Shown: positions 18,360 to 27,722 of the stretch, in pieces | Layout of the letters: every line of letters starts with the position of its first letter | Position numbering within the stretch: the first letter of the stretch is position 1 | NCBI GenBank assembly: GCA_019057475.1 | Contig: DXJO01000054.1 | Location: 1 to 46,565 of the forward strand | Reading direction: 5' to 3' | Length of the DNA: 46,565 nucleotides | From: Candidatus Thorarchaeota archaeon | GTDB taxonomy: Archaea; Asgardarchaeota; Thorarchaeia; Thorarchaeales; Thorarchaeaceae | Made by a program: the position numbers and the translations under genes | The notes under the pieces: model-generated | The model's database searches: none | The model's input: only the letters and a program-made list of their open reading frames with translations | What the model was told of the DNA's origin: nothing

Positions 18360-19364
18360 TTATTCAACCGCTATTCCCAAACTGGACAGCGTTTCTCTGG
18401 CTGCTTCGCTGTCACCTCTTATCCGAAGCGATTCCAAGAGGATTAATCCAACCGCATTCTCAGTCACAAGCTTAACATCCTTCACACCCAGCTCATTGAT
18501 GCGAGAGGGAACCGGGTTACGAACATAGTACCCTCCTTTATCGTCCCCAACATACTTCCTGAAATGACGGTCTCCAGAAAACCACCACCATATCACTTCT
18601 GGAGAGGTGTCTGACAGATAAAGCCTGAAGAGCATCTTCGTAATTGCTCCCAAATCGTCAGACCAAGATTCGATGTACGAGTCTTTCTCGTGACCGCTGA
18701 TTCGTGCTATAACACGAGGGTTTCGGTAAACATGTAATCCGGTGAATTCTGCGGCGTCCACTACCACGCGGATGTGCGAAATGCCTGGAACCTTAGATTG
18801 TTTCCGGGCCAACCATGCTGCCTCCCTGACCAGTGGCATCGTAAAATCATCAGATGCCAAGTTCGCTGAGCCCAGATACATTGCAGCGAATGAAGTAAGA
18901 TAGATCAGTGTCAGCAAGGCAGCCTCAAGCAGTGCTGCGTATTGAGCTAGCCAAGGGGTTTCGTACTGTGTCCATAGGGGCAACCCAAACATGGCGAGTA
19001 TGAAGAGTACGGGGATGAAGAAAAACCAGAAATTACCAGAAGCCGCTAGCCGAGTGTAAGCCCGATTGTGCTTCTGCGCAAAGGACTTGCATTCTTCAAG
19101 CTTAAGTTGAATTGGTTCGAACTTCCACTCAGGTCGATTGTATTCGACAGCCTGTTTGCCCTTCCAACCCACAAATGCGCCCATCAATGTAGCCAACACG
19201 GGTATGCCTAGGAACCACAACAGAATCGCCATGAAGTCCATCGGCTCGCGTCCAACATATGTTGAACCAGCCCAGTATCCGCCGAACAGGCTGAGCGCAG
19301 TCCCTACAATTAGCACGGCCATGACCACGTTGAGTGAGCGGTAACGAACTGGTGATTCCGTCAT
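18360..19364 (-). CDS. 4-TM membrane protein with soluble C-terminal domain (paralog 1 of the triad)
   Basis: MTESPVRYRSL start, GGAGG SD, same architecture as its neighbours. Confidence 0.85.
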   Translation of the reverse strand: MTESPVRYRSLNVVMAVLIVGTALSLFGGYWAGSTYVGREPMDFMAILLWFLGIPVLATLMGAFVGWKGKQAVEYNRPEWKFEPIQLKLEECKSFAQKHNRAYTRLAASGNFWFFFIPVLFILAMFGLPLWTQYETPWLAQYAALLEAALLTLIYLTSFAAMYLGSANLASDDFTMPLVREAAWLARKQSKVPGISHIRVVVDAAEFTGLHVYRNPRVIARISGHEKDSYIESWSDDLGAITKMLFRLYLSDTSPEVIWWWFSGDRHFRKYVGDDKGGYYVRNPVPSRINELGVKDVKLVTENAVGLILLESLRIRGDSEAARETLSSLGIAVE

Positions 19365-19428
19365 AGCGAGGCAGCCCTCCTCTGATTCGCATCATGCTTG
19401 CTCTTTAAGCGTATCGTCGAGAGTGTGC

Positions 19429-20160
19429 TTATCGTCGAGTGTGTGCCACGCTACTCATGTAGATAACACTCTCTTCGACGCCATCTAGGTCAAGCAGGTT
19501 GTTGAGCTCATCATCGTACAGGGCTCCAATCTGGCAGCTTCCAAGCCCAAGGCCCTCCGCGGCAAGGGCTAGGTTCTGCGCGATATGACCTGCATCAAGA
19601 AACACGTATCTGTACGCGCGTTGGAGATACTTCCACTTCGATCGTTGAAAGACTGCGGCCCAGATGAACACAACTGCAGCATTCTCTGCTATCTGTTGGT
19701 CAAGAGCCCCAGCGCGTACTGCTTTGACCATATCGCCCGCCTTAAGCAATTCGAGCTCATGCGTTTCAATCGAATAATGGTATAATCCAGGTTCAATACC
19801 CACAACTCTATTGATGAAGAGGTAGGTCTCAATTGGATACAGCGCTCCTGCAGATGGTGCAGTACGAAGGGCACTTCCGCTAACCTTAGCCGAGATTCCT
19901 TGAGATGCCCATAGCATCTGTGAGAGTTCTTTCTGAATGATTGGCTGTACATTGTATGCACGCTTACTCCGCCTTTTACTAAGAACTTCCCAAAGGCCAG
20001 GTCCGTTCTCAATGTCAGGTGAAGGCAGTGGAATTCGGTGAGCATTAGGGTACTCCTTGTACACAGGAGGTTTCGTTGACCAATCGAGGCTATGTTTCGG
20101 AAGCTTTCCGCGCTCGTATTTTGTGCCTACGTAAAACTCATCACCGATGTCTGGGGTCAT
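19429..20160 (-). CDS. SagB/ThcOx-family FMN-dependent nitroreductase-like dehydrogenase
   Basis: RRSKRAY, RTAPSAGALYPIE, GLYHY, KYLQRAYRY…DAGHIAQN. Start moved to the ATG at 20160, which has a GGTGA SD. Confidence 0.92.
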   Translation of the reverse strand: MTPDIGDEFYVGTKYERGKLPKHSLDWSTKPPVYKEYPNAHRIPLPSPDIENGPGLWEVLSKRRSKRAYNVQPIIQKELSQMLWASQGISAKVSGSALRTAPSAGALYPIETYLFINRVVGIEPGLYHYSIETHELELLKAGDMVKAVRAGALDQQIAENAAVVFIWAAVFQRSKWKYLQRAYRYVFLDAGHIAQNLALAAEGLGLGSCQIGALYDDELNNLLDLDGVEESVIYMSSVAHTRR

Positions 20161-20319
20161 TCTATCACCACTTAGGCTACCTCGGTACGTCCTGTCAATA
20201 AAAAGGGCATTGTCGAAATCAGGCATTTCTGTATCTGAGGGATAAAACTTTATCTTGGAATTCAGTACGACCCCCCTGTCAGGCAGACAGATTCCACTGA
20301 CACATCTGAAATAGAGTTC

Positions 20320-21720
20320 ATGGAGCTTGATACGATGCCCGAAACCGAAGATAAACACGGAGACGTTGAGAAGTCCACTGTTGAGTATCTGAAGAGGAAA
20401 GCTGAGAAACCAGGCAGAGATGCAATGATTCTGCATCCATTCTATCGGGGCAAGGTTGCCACAGCCTCGAAGGTCCCAGTGCGCACCTTTGACGATTTTG
20501 CAATCTGGTATACGCCGGGTGTAGCCAAGGCATGTCTGGCCATCAAGGAGAATCCTGAGCAAGCCTACGAGATGCTGAATAAAGGAAACATGGTTGCTGT
20601 TGTGACTGACGGGACAAGAGTCCTCGGACTCGGCGACATAGGTCCCTTGGCAGCGGGTCCCGTGATGGAAGGGAAGGCAATCCTGTTCAAGTATTTGGGA
20701 GGCGTTGATGCTTGGCCAATATGTCTTGACACCAAAGACCCTGACAAAATTATCGAAACGGTGAAGCTAATTCAACCGTCGTTCGGTGGAATCAACCTGG
20801 AGGATATCTCCAAGCCAAAGTGCTACGACGTCCTTGAAATCCTCAGAAATGACCCTGATGTGAACATTCCCGTTTGGCACGACGATGCACAGGGCACTGG
20901 AACAGTCGTCCTTGCAGGTGTAATGGGAGGACTTCGTGTTGTGAAGAAGCACATGGAGAACATCACTGTAGCCATGCTTGGTGTGGGTGCTGCTAACACG
21001 CGCACGGCCTACCTTCTTATTGCAGCCGGAGTCGACCCGAAGAACATCGTGATGGTAGACAGCAAGGGAGCAATCTACGCCGACCGTGACGATATCGTAG
21101 AGCAGAAAGACTATGACAGGTTCAAGTACGACCTTGCACAGAAGACCAATCCGGAACGGATGACTGGCAATCTTGGCGAAGTCATTGAGGGAATGGACGT
21201 TCTCATCGCTGCCGCGAAACCAGTGCCAGGCACGATAAAGAAGGAATGGGTGTCAAAGATGGCTGCAGACTCTATCGTATACGCTTGCGCAAACCCACTT
21301 CCGGAGATTTGGCCATGGGACGCAAGAGATGCTGGAGCACGGATTATTGGTACTGGAAGATCAGACTTCGACAACCAGATCAACAACTCCCTTGGATTCC
21401 CAGCCATATTCCGTGGCACTCTTGATGTAAGAGCAACGACTATCACTGATGAGATGTGCATTGCAGCCGCTCAAGCACTTGCAGATATCGGAGCAAAGGG
21501 AGCGTCAGACAAGAAGGTCATCCCTACAATGGACCATTGGGAGCTCTACCCGCTCGAGGCTACTGCAGTGGGCATGAAAGCCATAGAACAGGGAATCGCT
21601 GGGAAGGAGTGGGAAGAAAAGGAGCTCTACAAACATGCAGAACACATCATTAGGGTCGCCCGTGCTTGCACAGACAACCTCTACGAGAAGGGATGCATTC
21701 CTAAGGCTCCACCAACGTAG
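20320..21720 (+). CDS. mae: NAD(P)-dependent malic enzyme
   Basis: YTPGVA, VTDGTRVLGLGDIG, PVMEGKA, INLEDI, WHDDAQGTG, GVGAA, ANPLPEI, TGRSD, NQINNSLGFPAIFRG. Confidence 0.95.
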   Translation: MELDTMPETEDKHGDVEKSTVEYLKRKAEKPGRDAMILHPFYRGKVATASKVPVRTFDDFAIWYTPGVAKACLAIKENPEQAYEMLNKGNMVAVVTDGTRVLGLGDIGPLAAGPVMEGKAILFKYLGGVDAWPICLDTKDPDKIIETVKLIQPSFGGINLEDISKPKCYDVLEILRNDPDVNIPVWHDDAQGTGTVVLAGVMGGLRVVKKHMENITVAMLGVGAANTRTAYLLIAAGVDPKNIVMVDSKGAIYADRDDIVEQKDYDRFKYDLAQKTNPERMTGNLGEVIEGMDVLIAAAKPVPGTIKKEWVSKMAADSIVYACANPLPEIWPWDARDAGARIIGTGRSDFDNQINNSLGFPAIFRGTLDVRATTITDEMCIAAAQALADIGAKGASDKKVIPTMDHWELYPLEATAVGMKAIEQGIAGKEWEEKELYKHAEHIIRVARACTDNLYEKGCIPKAPPT

Positions 21721-21738
21721 ATAGTCAAGGAACACATA

Positions 21739-21775
21739 TGCGGCTGGCGCTCCCGCCGCGCATTCTTATTTTGTT
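21739..21775 (+). terminator. GC-rich hairpin plus T-rich tract after malic enzyme
   Basis: GCGGC…GCCGC stem followed by TTCTTATTTTGTT. Confidence 0.45.
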
Positions 21776-21812
21776 ATGCCTGTTTCTGAAAGAACACGAG
21801 TGCTGGCGCAGT

Positions 21813-23792
21813 CTAGCGAATTCTACGCCGGAAGTAGAACGACCCCAATAGAAAGGGTATGGCGACTATGAGCACCATGACGATAATTGCGTTAATTCGG
21901 GGATTGTGATCAGGACCATCTGGGCTGAGGTCTACGTCATAGTCGGGAGTAAGGGGATCTAGACCTTCAAAGAGCTCCAGTTGATCTCGAAGACCATCGC
22001 CATCAGAATCTTCATTCAAAGGGTCCATTCCCAGAGCAATCTCCTCAACATCCAACACCCCGTCTGAGTCACCATCCTCAGAGAATGGATCTGAGCTATT
22101 CTGATACTCTTCTAAATTCGTGAGGGTGTCGCCATCTGGATCCGATGAAGAATCATTTGTGAGAGGGTCCGTCTTGAACTCAACTTCCCAGCCATCTGGA
22201 ATTTGGTCCGAATCGGTGTCGTTATTCAATGGATGAGTGCCAAGCCCGATTTCTTCGAAATTGCTTAGGCCATCCGAATCCGCGTCTTCCTCCCTGTCAT
22301 TACGCAGAGGGTCAAGACCGAATTGAACTTCGAGCCCATCCCGCATACCATCGTTGTCCGTGTCTGGCACAAAGATGTCTGTTTCGGCCTCTACCTCGTC
22401 CTCATCGCTGAGACGATCTCCGTCCCAATCAAGAGGAGGAACAGGTTCTGGCCAGGAGTATTGCTCAGAATCGATAACGCCATTGCCATCAATATCGGAC
22501 GAGTAGTCTACGTAGAGCTCCACATCTGAGGTTGTGTTTTCAAGATTGGTTACGATTACTTCGAGCGGGCCGATGGGAGCTGGTTCGTTACACTCAATCG
22601 TGAAGTTCTCTTCTGTGATGACGGTAGTCGGAAGCAAGTCTGTCGCGCCATGTCGTACTCTAACAGTGATGTTGCCGTAGTCAGGGGTTGTGCCATAGAC
22701 TGTGAGAGTCTGAGGAACGGTCATCACCGCCCTGAGGGGCGCAGAATCGAAACCGCCTAGCATAGGCTGCAGCTTCTGCGTTGTCCGCTGACCGTTGCCC
22801 TTGCTTCCCAAGTACACAGCAACGGACGCCGCGGCTTGAGCAAGATACCTAGCTTGCGTCAGATTATAGGCAAAACTGGATATCCTGTCTGGAGGAGGAA
22901 ATTCGGGGTCTGGTTGGTGGCCACTCTTCACGTTTACAGCAGGGAATCCATGATCCCAGAAGGCCCAGTGGTCAGTCTGAGTCAGCCACTGTTGCCGAAT
23001 AGTAACGATGTCCAGGCCAGACCGTTTCATAAAGGCATCCAGTAATTCTGCGAGGTATTTTGTTTTGAAGTAGTTACTCGCCATGTCGTGTTCAATTGCG
23101 ATTCGCTCCCCCTCTGGCTGAAGTGGATCATAGAAGAGAACCTCATCGAAGTTGTAGAATGCGATGACTTCTACTTGCTCGTTATCGAGTATTTGGGCCA
23201 CCTCTTTGGAGCCGTACATGGCACGAATTGTCCTCTCGGAATCCACGAACTCCATATTGGCCTGAAAGAAGCAATAGTAAACATCAATCGGCAGTCGGAA
23301 CTGTGACAGAATGGAAGCGATTGCCACGACGACCGCACACCCGGCACCGTTCTGCTCGACACCTCTGGGGGAGGTCTCTGAGCTATCCAGATGCGCGCCG
23401 AAAACGATGGAACGGTTATCAACGCCGTATCCGGGCTGACATCCCACCACTGAGTCATGCGCTCCCCAGTAGTCTGCAGAGATTGACATCGACGCCAATC
23501 GTTCAATGATGTTATCACCGGCGGCGTAATACCCCTCAGATGGCCCGAAACGATTGCCAGTGCCAGTGATTTGGCTTAGGGGTGTAAGGAAGTGGGTTAT
23601 TTCACCCATGTCAAATGCGATGTCCCACCAGTTCAAAGCGTTGTATGGGTCAGGAACAATCTCGAAGGGCTGCTCAGGCTGCTCAGGTCCCTCAGGCTCA
23701 ACTGGGGGCGGAAGCAATTGCATGACAGCAACAGCTGCCATAGAGATGACTGCAAGAATCACAACAATGGCAGCCAGCTTGCGTCGTTCCAT
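21813..23792 (-). CDS. Membrane-anchored M28-peptidase-fold protein with thrombospondin type-3-like Ca-binding repeats
   Basis: Start moved to MERRKLAAIVV (signal or anchor helix). GAHLDS, NFDE and TDHWAF motifs, about 8-9 DxDxDG-type repeats, C-terminal TM and RRRIR tail. Confidence 0.85.
   Translation of the reverse strand: MERRKLAAIVVILAVISMAAVAVMQLLPPPVEPEGPEQPEQPFEIVPDPYNALNWWDIAFDMGEITHFLTPLSQITGTGNRFGPSEGYYAAGDNIIERLASMSISADYWGAHDSVVGCQPGYGVDNRSIVFGAHLDSSETSPRGVEQNGAGCAVVVAIASILSQFRLPIDVYYCFFQANMEFVDSERTIRAMYGSKEVAQILDNEQVEVIAFYNFDEVLFYDPLQPEGERIAIEHDMASNYFKTKYLAELLDAFMKRSGLDIVTIRQQWLTQTDHWAFWDHGFPAVNVKSGHQPDPEFPPPDRISSFAYNLTQARYLAQAAASVAVYLGSKGNGQRTTQKLQPMLGGFDSAPLRAVMTVPQTLTVYGTTPDYGNITVRVRHGATDLLPTTVITEENFTIECNEPAPIGPLEVIVTNLENTTSDVELYVDYSSDIDGNGVIDSEQYSWPEPVPPLDWDGDRLSDEDEVEAETDIFVPDTDNDGMRDGLEVQFGLDPLRNDREEDADSDGLSNFEEIGLGTHPLNNDTDSDQIPDGWEVEFKTDPLTNDSSSDPDGDTLTNLEEYQNSSDPFSEDGDSDGVLDVEEIALGMDPLNEDSDGDGLRDQLELFEGLDPLTPDYDVDLSPDGPDHNPRINAIIVMVLIVAIPFLLGSFYFRRRIR
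21910..22500 (-). repeat. Coding TSP3-like DxDxDG acidic repeats
   Basis: DWDGDRLSD, DTDNDGMRD, DADSDGLSN, DTDSDQIPD, DPDGDTLTN, DGDSDGVLD, DSDGDGLRD. Confidence 0.85.
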
Positions 23793-23961
23793 AAGCAATC
23801 GATTCCTAAATTGTCCGTTTCGACTAGACAATTGCGCCCTAGCTTGCCATAAATATGCGCCGAAAGGAGCATTTCTAGTCCTGACCAATGCTGTTGGTTG
23901 TGTGCGCACCTATCGGCAAGCATATTTAGACCAATGAAACCGCAAGCACTAATCTGTTGCA

Positions 23962-25089
23962 GTGATGGAGTCATGTAGATTGTCGTACGATCGTTGCGTT
24001 AGGTGCGGGTCTTGTATAATACTCTGTCCAGTCTTCGACGCGATTGGAGAAGAGCAGTACTCGCCAAGAGGTAGGACTTACCTTCTACAGGTCATGGACC
24101 TGATTGAGGAAGATAAGGAACTGGGCAAGGAGTTCCGAAGGCTTCTGTTTCAGTGCACGTTTTGCGGAAGATGCTCAGAGATCTGCGCGTCTGATGTAGA
24201 CCTTCTCAAGGTGTGGCACGAGCAGCGAGGCAAGGCAGTAAGTGAGGCACCTGAGGAATTTGGGTATCTAGATGCACTTGGGAAGTCCTTGGCGAATATG
24301 ATGAATATCTATGGACTCGATCCTGAAGATAGAGCGGAATTCTGGCTTGACGAGCTTGAAGATGAAATCCCGGGTATCGCAGACAGGGTCTATGAGGAAG
24401 GAAAGACAGCCGACACCATGGTGTTCCTCGGTTGTCTGATGTCTTTCAGAGCCAGTCAGATGGATGTCTTGCGCTCGTTGTTCCTCACTCTAGAGAAGCT
24501 CGACGTGGACTACCTCGTGATGGGTGCTGAGGAGTTTTGCTGTGGTCACCCACTTCACCTGATGGGCGACGATGACGGTGCAACCAAGCTTAGAGAACAC
24601 AACAAGGGAGTAATGGAGAGCGCAAAGGCAAAGCGCGTGATCACTTGTTGCCCCGGATGCCTGATTCAGATATCAACAAACCACAACCTGAAGGAAGACA
24701 TTGAAGTCCTACATCATACTCAGCTGTTCGACCGGTTGCTGGAAACCATCCCCAAATACAAACAGGAAGAGGAATTCTCATATCATGACCCATGTGAACT
24801 CCACAGAATCTGCAATGTGAAGACTGAACCACGGTCCTTGCTGAATAAAATGGGCGTGGAATTTGAGGAGATGGACTTGAGTTGTTGTGGGGGTGGAGGG
24901 CTGTTGAGAATGACAGACCCAGACCTCAGTGACGAAATAATCCAGATACGCGCTCAAAAGGAGAAGCTTGGTGACAGGTTAGTATTGACCTGCTGTCCCT
25001 CGTGCCGCGAACAGTTTCTAGGAGCTAATCTCCGTACTAGAGACATTGTAGAGATTCTTGCGGACGCCCTTGAAGGAGGAGAAAAATAG
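23962..25089 (+). CDS. GlcF/GlpC/HdrD-like Fe-S protein with two [4Fe-4S] motifs and two CCG domains
   Basis: CVRCGSCIILCP, SPRGR, CTFCGRCSEIC, EFCCG, TCCPGC, YHDPC, SCCGGGG, TCCPSC. Confidence 0.92.
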   Translation: MMESCRLSYDRCVRCGSCIILCPVFDAIGEEQYSPRGRTYLLQVMDLIEEDKELGKEFRRLLFQCTFCGRCSEICASDVDLLKVWHEQRGKAVSEAPEEFGYLDALGKSLANMMNIYGLDPEDRAEFWLDELEDEIPGIADRVYEEGKTADTMVFLGCLMSFRASQMDVLRSLFLTLEKLDVDYLVMGAEEFCCGHPLHLMGDDDGATKLREHNKGVMESAKAKRVITCCPGCLIQISTNHNLKEDIEVLHHTQLFDRLLETIPKYKQEEEFSYHDPCELHRICNVKTEPRSLLNKMGVEFEEMDLSCCGGGGLLRMTDPDLSDEIIQIRAQKEKLGDRLVLTCCPSCREQFLGANLRTRDIVEILADALEGGEK

Positions 25090-25090
25090 A

Positions 25091-26431
25091 ATGAAGCTCA
25101 GAGACATAGCCATTGGCGCAAATGCATCAATCTACCTGCGCATGGATTTCAAGAAGATCAAGGGTGTGTTCTATCCCCGGACGGAGCAGGAAATCATAGA
25201 CGCAATAGCAACGGCACACGATGGTGGATACAGCGTGACCCCGAAGGGTGGAGGCTCAGGTCTCTCAGGGGCATGCACTGGTGGCAACAGAGAACGAGTT
25301 ATGATCAGCACCCTCCGGATGAGGGAAGTACTCACAGTCTCCAAGGACCAAGGCTATGCAGATGTTCAGCCCGGCGCCACGCCCGACGAGATTAATGCCC
25401 TTATTGAGCCAATAAGAATGAAATTCTGGGTAGCACCCAGCAGTAGGGACATTGCTTCAGCAGCTGGAATCCTCAGCACGGATGGCGGTGGGAACGATAC
25501 TTGGGTCAATGGCACCATGAGGGATAACACAATCAGAGCGAAGATGGTCCTGTATGATGGAAGACGCCTGACTGTGGATTGGAATGGTGTCACTTCAGAT
25601 GATTCAGAACTTGAGGCAGAACTCAATAAGAAAGGTATGACTATCAGCGATGTCGCAAGTGCTCACGGCACGCTTGGATTCATCACCGAGCTTCGAGTGA
25701 AGATTAAGCCATTTCCCAGCGAGAAACTCGTGGGAGGACTGGCGAAGTTCGAGGACTGCAATGCAATGGGTCGGGCATTGAGTGAGCTTATCAAGAGGAA
25801 AAGCCCGATAAGGTATGGCGAAACCGTCGCGGCAGCTCACGAGGACATAAGAGAAGGCCTCGACCTGCCACTCCTAACTCTGGAATTCCCCGAGGACTTT
25901 GCATCAGAATTGAAGGACATATTGGACTATTCTGATCTGGATTCCGAAGGGCTTGCCAAAATGAAGGATGTCAGAATTAAGCTGCCAAAGAGGAATCCAA
26001 ATGAAGGGTTGCAGATTGCCCTGTTTGAGGGATTTGGATACCACGGCGATAACCTATTGAAAATGCAAGATGCCATCGATGAGATTAACAGCCTCTTGAT
26101 AGGACATGGTCTCGCACTATTCGCTAGGTATGGCCATGCACCAAGCAAGTGGTATCTCGGCGACAACAGTCCAGCGTACGGTGTCATACTCCACTCTCGT
26201 GAGATAAAGCCAGAGGACAAGACCAGCCGCGAAATGTTCGATACGATAACCGATATCGTCGCGAAATGCAATGAGCTAGGCATAACGCCGAAGCCCGAGC
26301 ATAAGTGGCCGTTTAGTGATGAGGAGAAGAAGACCCGCATCAAAGAGCTTCGGGAGGTTATGGGAACTGGGTTCAATGATTTCATCCTCGACCCCAATGG
26401 AGCCTATGACACACTGAGCTCTCTGGTCTAA
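25091..26431 (+). CDS. FAD-binding (PCMH-type) oxidoreductase, GlcD/D-lactate dehydrogenase-like
   Basis: PKGGGSGLSG, VQPG, HGTLGFIT and C-terminal PEHK. ATG at 25091 directly follows the Fe-S gene. Confidence 0.85.
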   Translation: MKLRDIAIGANASIYLRMDFKKIKGVFYPRTEQEIIDAIATAHDGGYSVTPKGGGSGLSGACTGGNRERVMISTLRMREVLTVSKDQGYADVQPGATPDEINALIEPIRMKFWVAPSSRDIASAAGILSTDGGGNDTWVNGTMRDNTIRAKMVLYDGRRLTVDWNGVTSDDSELEAELNKKGMTISDVASAHGTLGFITELRVKIKPFPSEKLVGGLAKFEDCNAMGRALSELIKRKSPIRYGETVAAAHEDIREGLDLPLLTLEFPEDFASELKDILDYSDLDSEGLAKMKDVRIKLPKRNPNEGLQIALFEGFGYHGDNLLKMQDAIDEINSLLIGHGLALFARYGHAPSKWYLGDNSPAYGVILHSREIKPEDKTSREMFDTITDIVAKCNELGITPKPEHKWPFSDEEKKTRIKELREVMGTGFNDFILDPNGAYDTLSSLV

Positions 26432-26506
26432 AGCGATTCGAAGGTGAAAAATAGTTTCGGTCATCTCCGAGGGGTGCTTTTAAGGGTTCTTCGAAATCAA
26501 GCTTTG

Positions 26507-27652
26507 ATGAGAATGGTCAGACCTCAACGAATCAGCCCAAAGGGCCTCTTTGACCCCTACTTTATTCCTGATCGCTTGCTCCATCGGGAACGCGAGATGC
26601 GGATGATTGACAGCGTTTATCGCGACAGTTACGAAGATGACTACGGTATCAACTGCCTTGTTCATGGGATAACAGGAGTGGGAATGACTGTCTTCTCAAG
26701 GTATTTTCTCACCAAGATTATCCCGGAGCAGTTTGACTCGTACACAATCTACGTGGACGCCAAGCACAAGGAGGTCCTTGAGATTGTTTCAGAGCTCAAC
26801 GATAAGATTCACAGGTTGTCAAACAAGCCCATCACCGTAGCTTTTGACTTGGATAGACTCTGGATGCAGTTCAAACGTACTGCGGCTACATCCTCGAGAA
26901 GAGGAGTTTTCGTCATAGATAACATAGATGAGAATAACGAGGAGGTCTACACCAAGGTTGCCATGCTATCCAAGGAGATCAAGGCAAGTACGATTGGCAT
27001 TCTAAACAGCCATGATTACAGAATGCTCACGAAGGCACCGGCGACACAGATGGCGTACGACTTTGAGGTGCCCTTGGATACCTATACCCAATCACAGCTT
27101 TATGACATAGTGAGGTTGCGTGTGGAAGACACGTTTCCTTTGGGGCTCACCGACGAGATTATCAGGTACATAGCCGACTTGGTCTGTGAGTTTCAGGCAT
27201 CGACGCCCAGGACATCGATTGAGGCACTCAAAGCACTCTGGCCGCTGGCTCAGAGAGGACAGGAGATAACCTCAGATATTGTCAGATCTGCAACATCCAG
27301 AATCACGACGCTCGGTCGGGATAACGACTACATGGACCTGATAGACACAATAAGCATGAACGATTTCATGACCCTGCTTGTGCTTGAGGCATTGAGCGAG
27401 CATCTAATGCGCTACAAGACTGAAACGTACATTGATAGACAGACACTCAACGAGCTTGTCTTAATCAAGTGCGAAGAGCTAGGAGTCAAGCATTCAGTAG
27501 ACGACATTGACAAGAGCCTGCAGACACTCATCTTCCAGAGCGTTGTCTTTGAATCAGGTTACACTCGAGACCTGCTTTATCTGTTGGTGCCACCCGAAAT
27601 ACTCTATGACACTGCATTGAATCTAAGACGTGAGCTGGCTAGCAGAAAATAG
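26507..27652 (+). CDS. Divergent Cdc6/Orc1 paralog with degenerate ATPase motifs
   Basis: FDPYFIPDRLLHREREM, Walker A GITGVGMT, Walker B VIDNID, PLDTYTQSQLYDIVRLR and a C-terminal winged helix. Confidence 0.85.
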   Translation: MRMVRPQRISPKGLFDPYFIPDRLLHREREMRMIDSVYRDSYEDDYGINCLVHGITGVGMTVFSRYFLTKIIPEQFDSYTIYVDAKHKEVLEIVSELNDKIHRLSNKPITVAFDLDRLWMQFKRTAATSSRRGVFVIDNIDENNEEVYTKVAMLSKEIKASTIGILNSHDYRMLTKAPATQMAYDFEVPLDTYTQSQLYDIVRLRVEDTFPLGLTDEIIRYIADLVCEFQASTPRTSIEALKALWPLAQRGQEITSDIVRSATSRITTLGRDNDYMDLIDTISMNDFMTLLVLEALSEHLMRYKTETYIDRQTLNELVLIKCEELGVKHSVDDIDKSLQTLIFQSVVFESGYTRDLLYLLVPPEILYDTALNLRRELASRK

Positions 27653-27722
27653 CCTACTTTGGCGTAGGTTTGAAGGAAGTAGTCAAGTGTGGGTCGGAAG
27701 CTCTGCCCGCACAAGCACGTCT

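Noticed and set aside
19429-20160. SagB/ThcOx gene as the marker of a RiPP (TOMM) cluster
   Set aside because: No YcaO cyclodehydratase, precursor peptide or dedicated exporter nearby. Stand-alone SagB-type nitroreductases are common in archaea.
20161-20562. N-terminal extensions in the ORF track (19429..20562, 9551..10633, 3403..4644, 21813..23909, 28249..28635)
   Set aside because: The extensions mostly overlap neighbouring genes or lack homology-like sequence. Downstream starts with SD motifs, signal peptides or translational coupling fit better.
26432-26506. Replication origin next to the Cdc6-like gene
   Set aside because: The flanking intergenic gaps are only about 70-75 bp, with no ORB-like repeats or AT-rich unwinding element.
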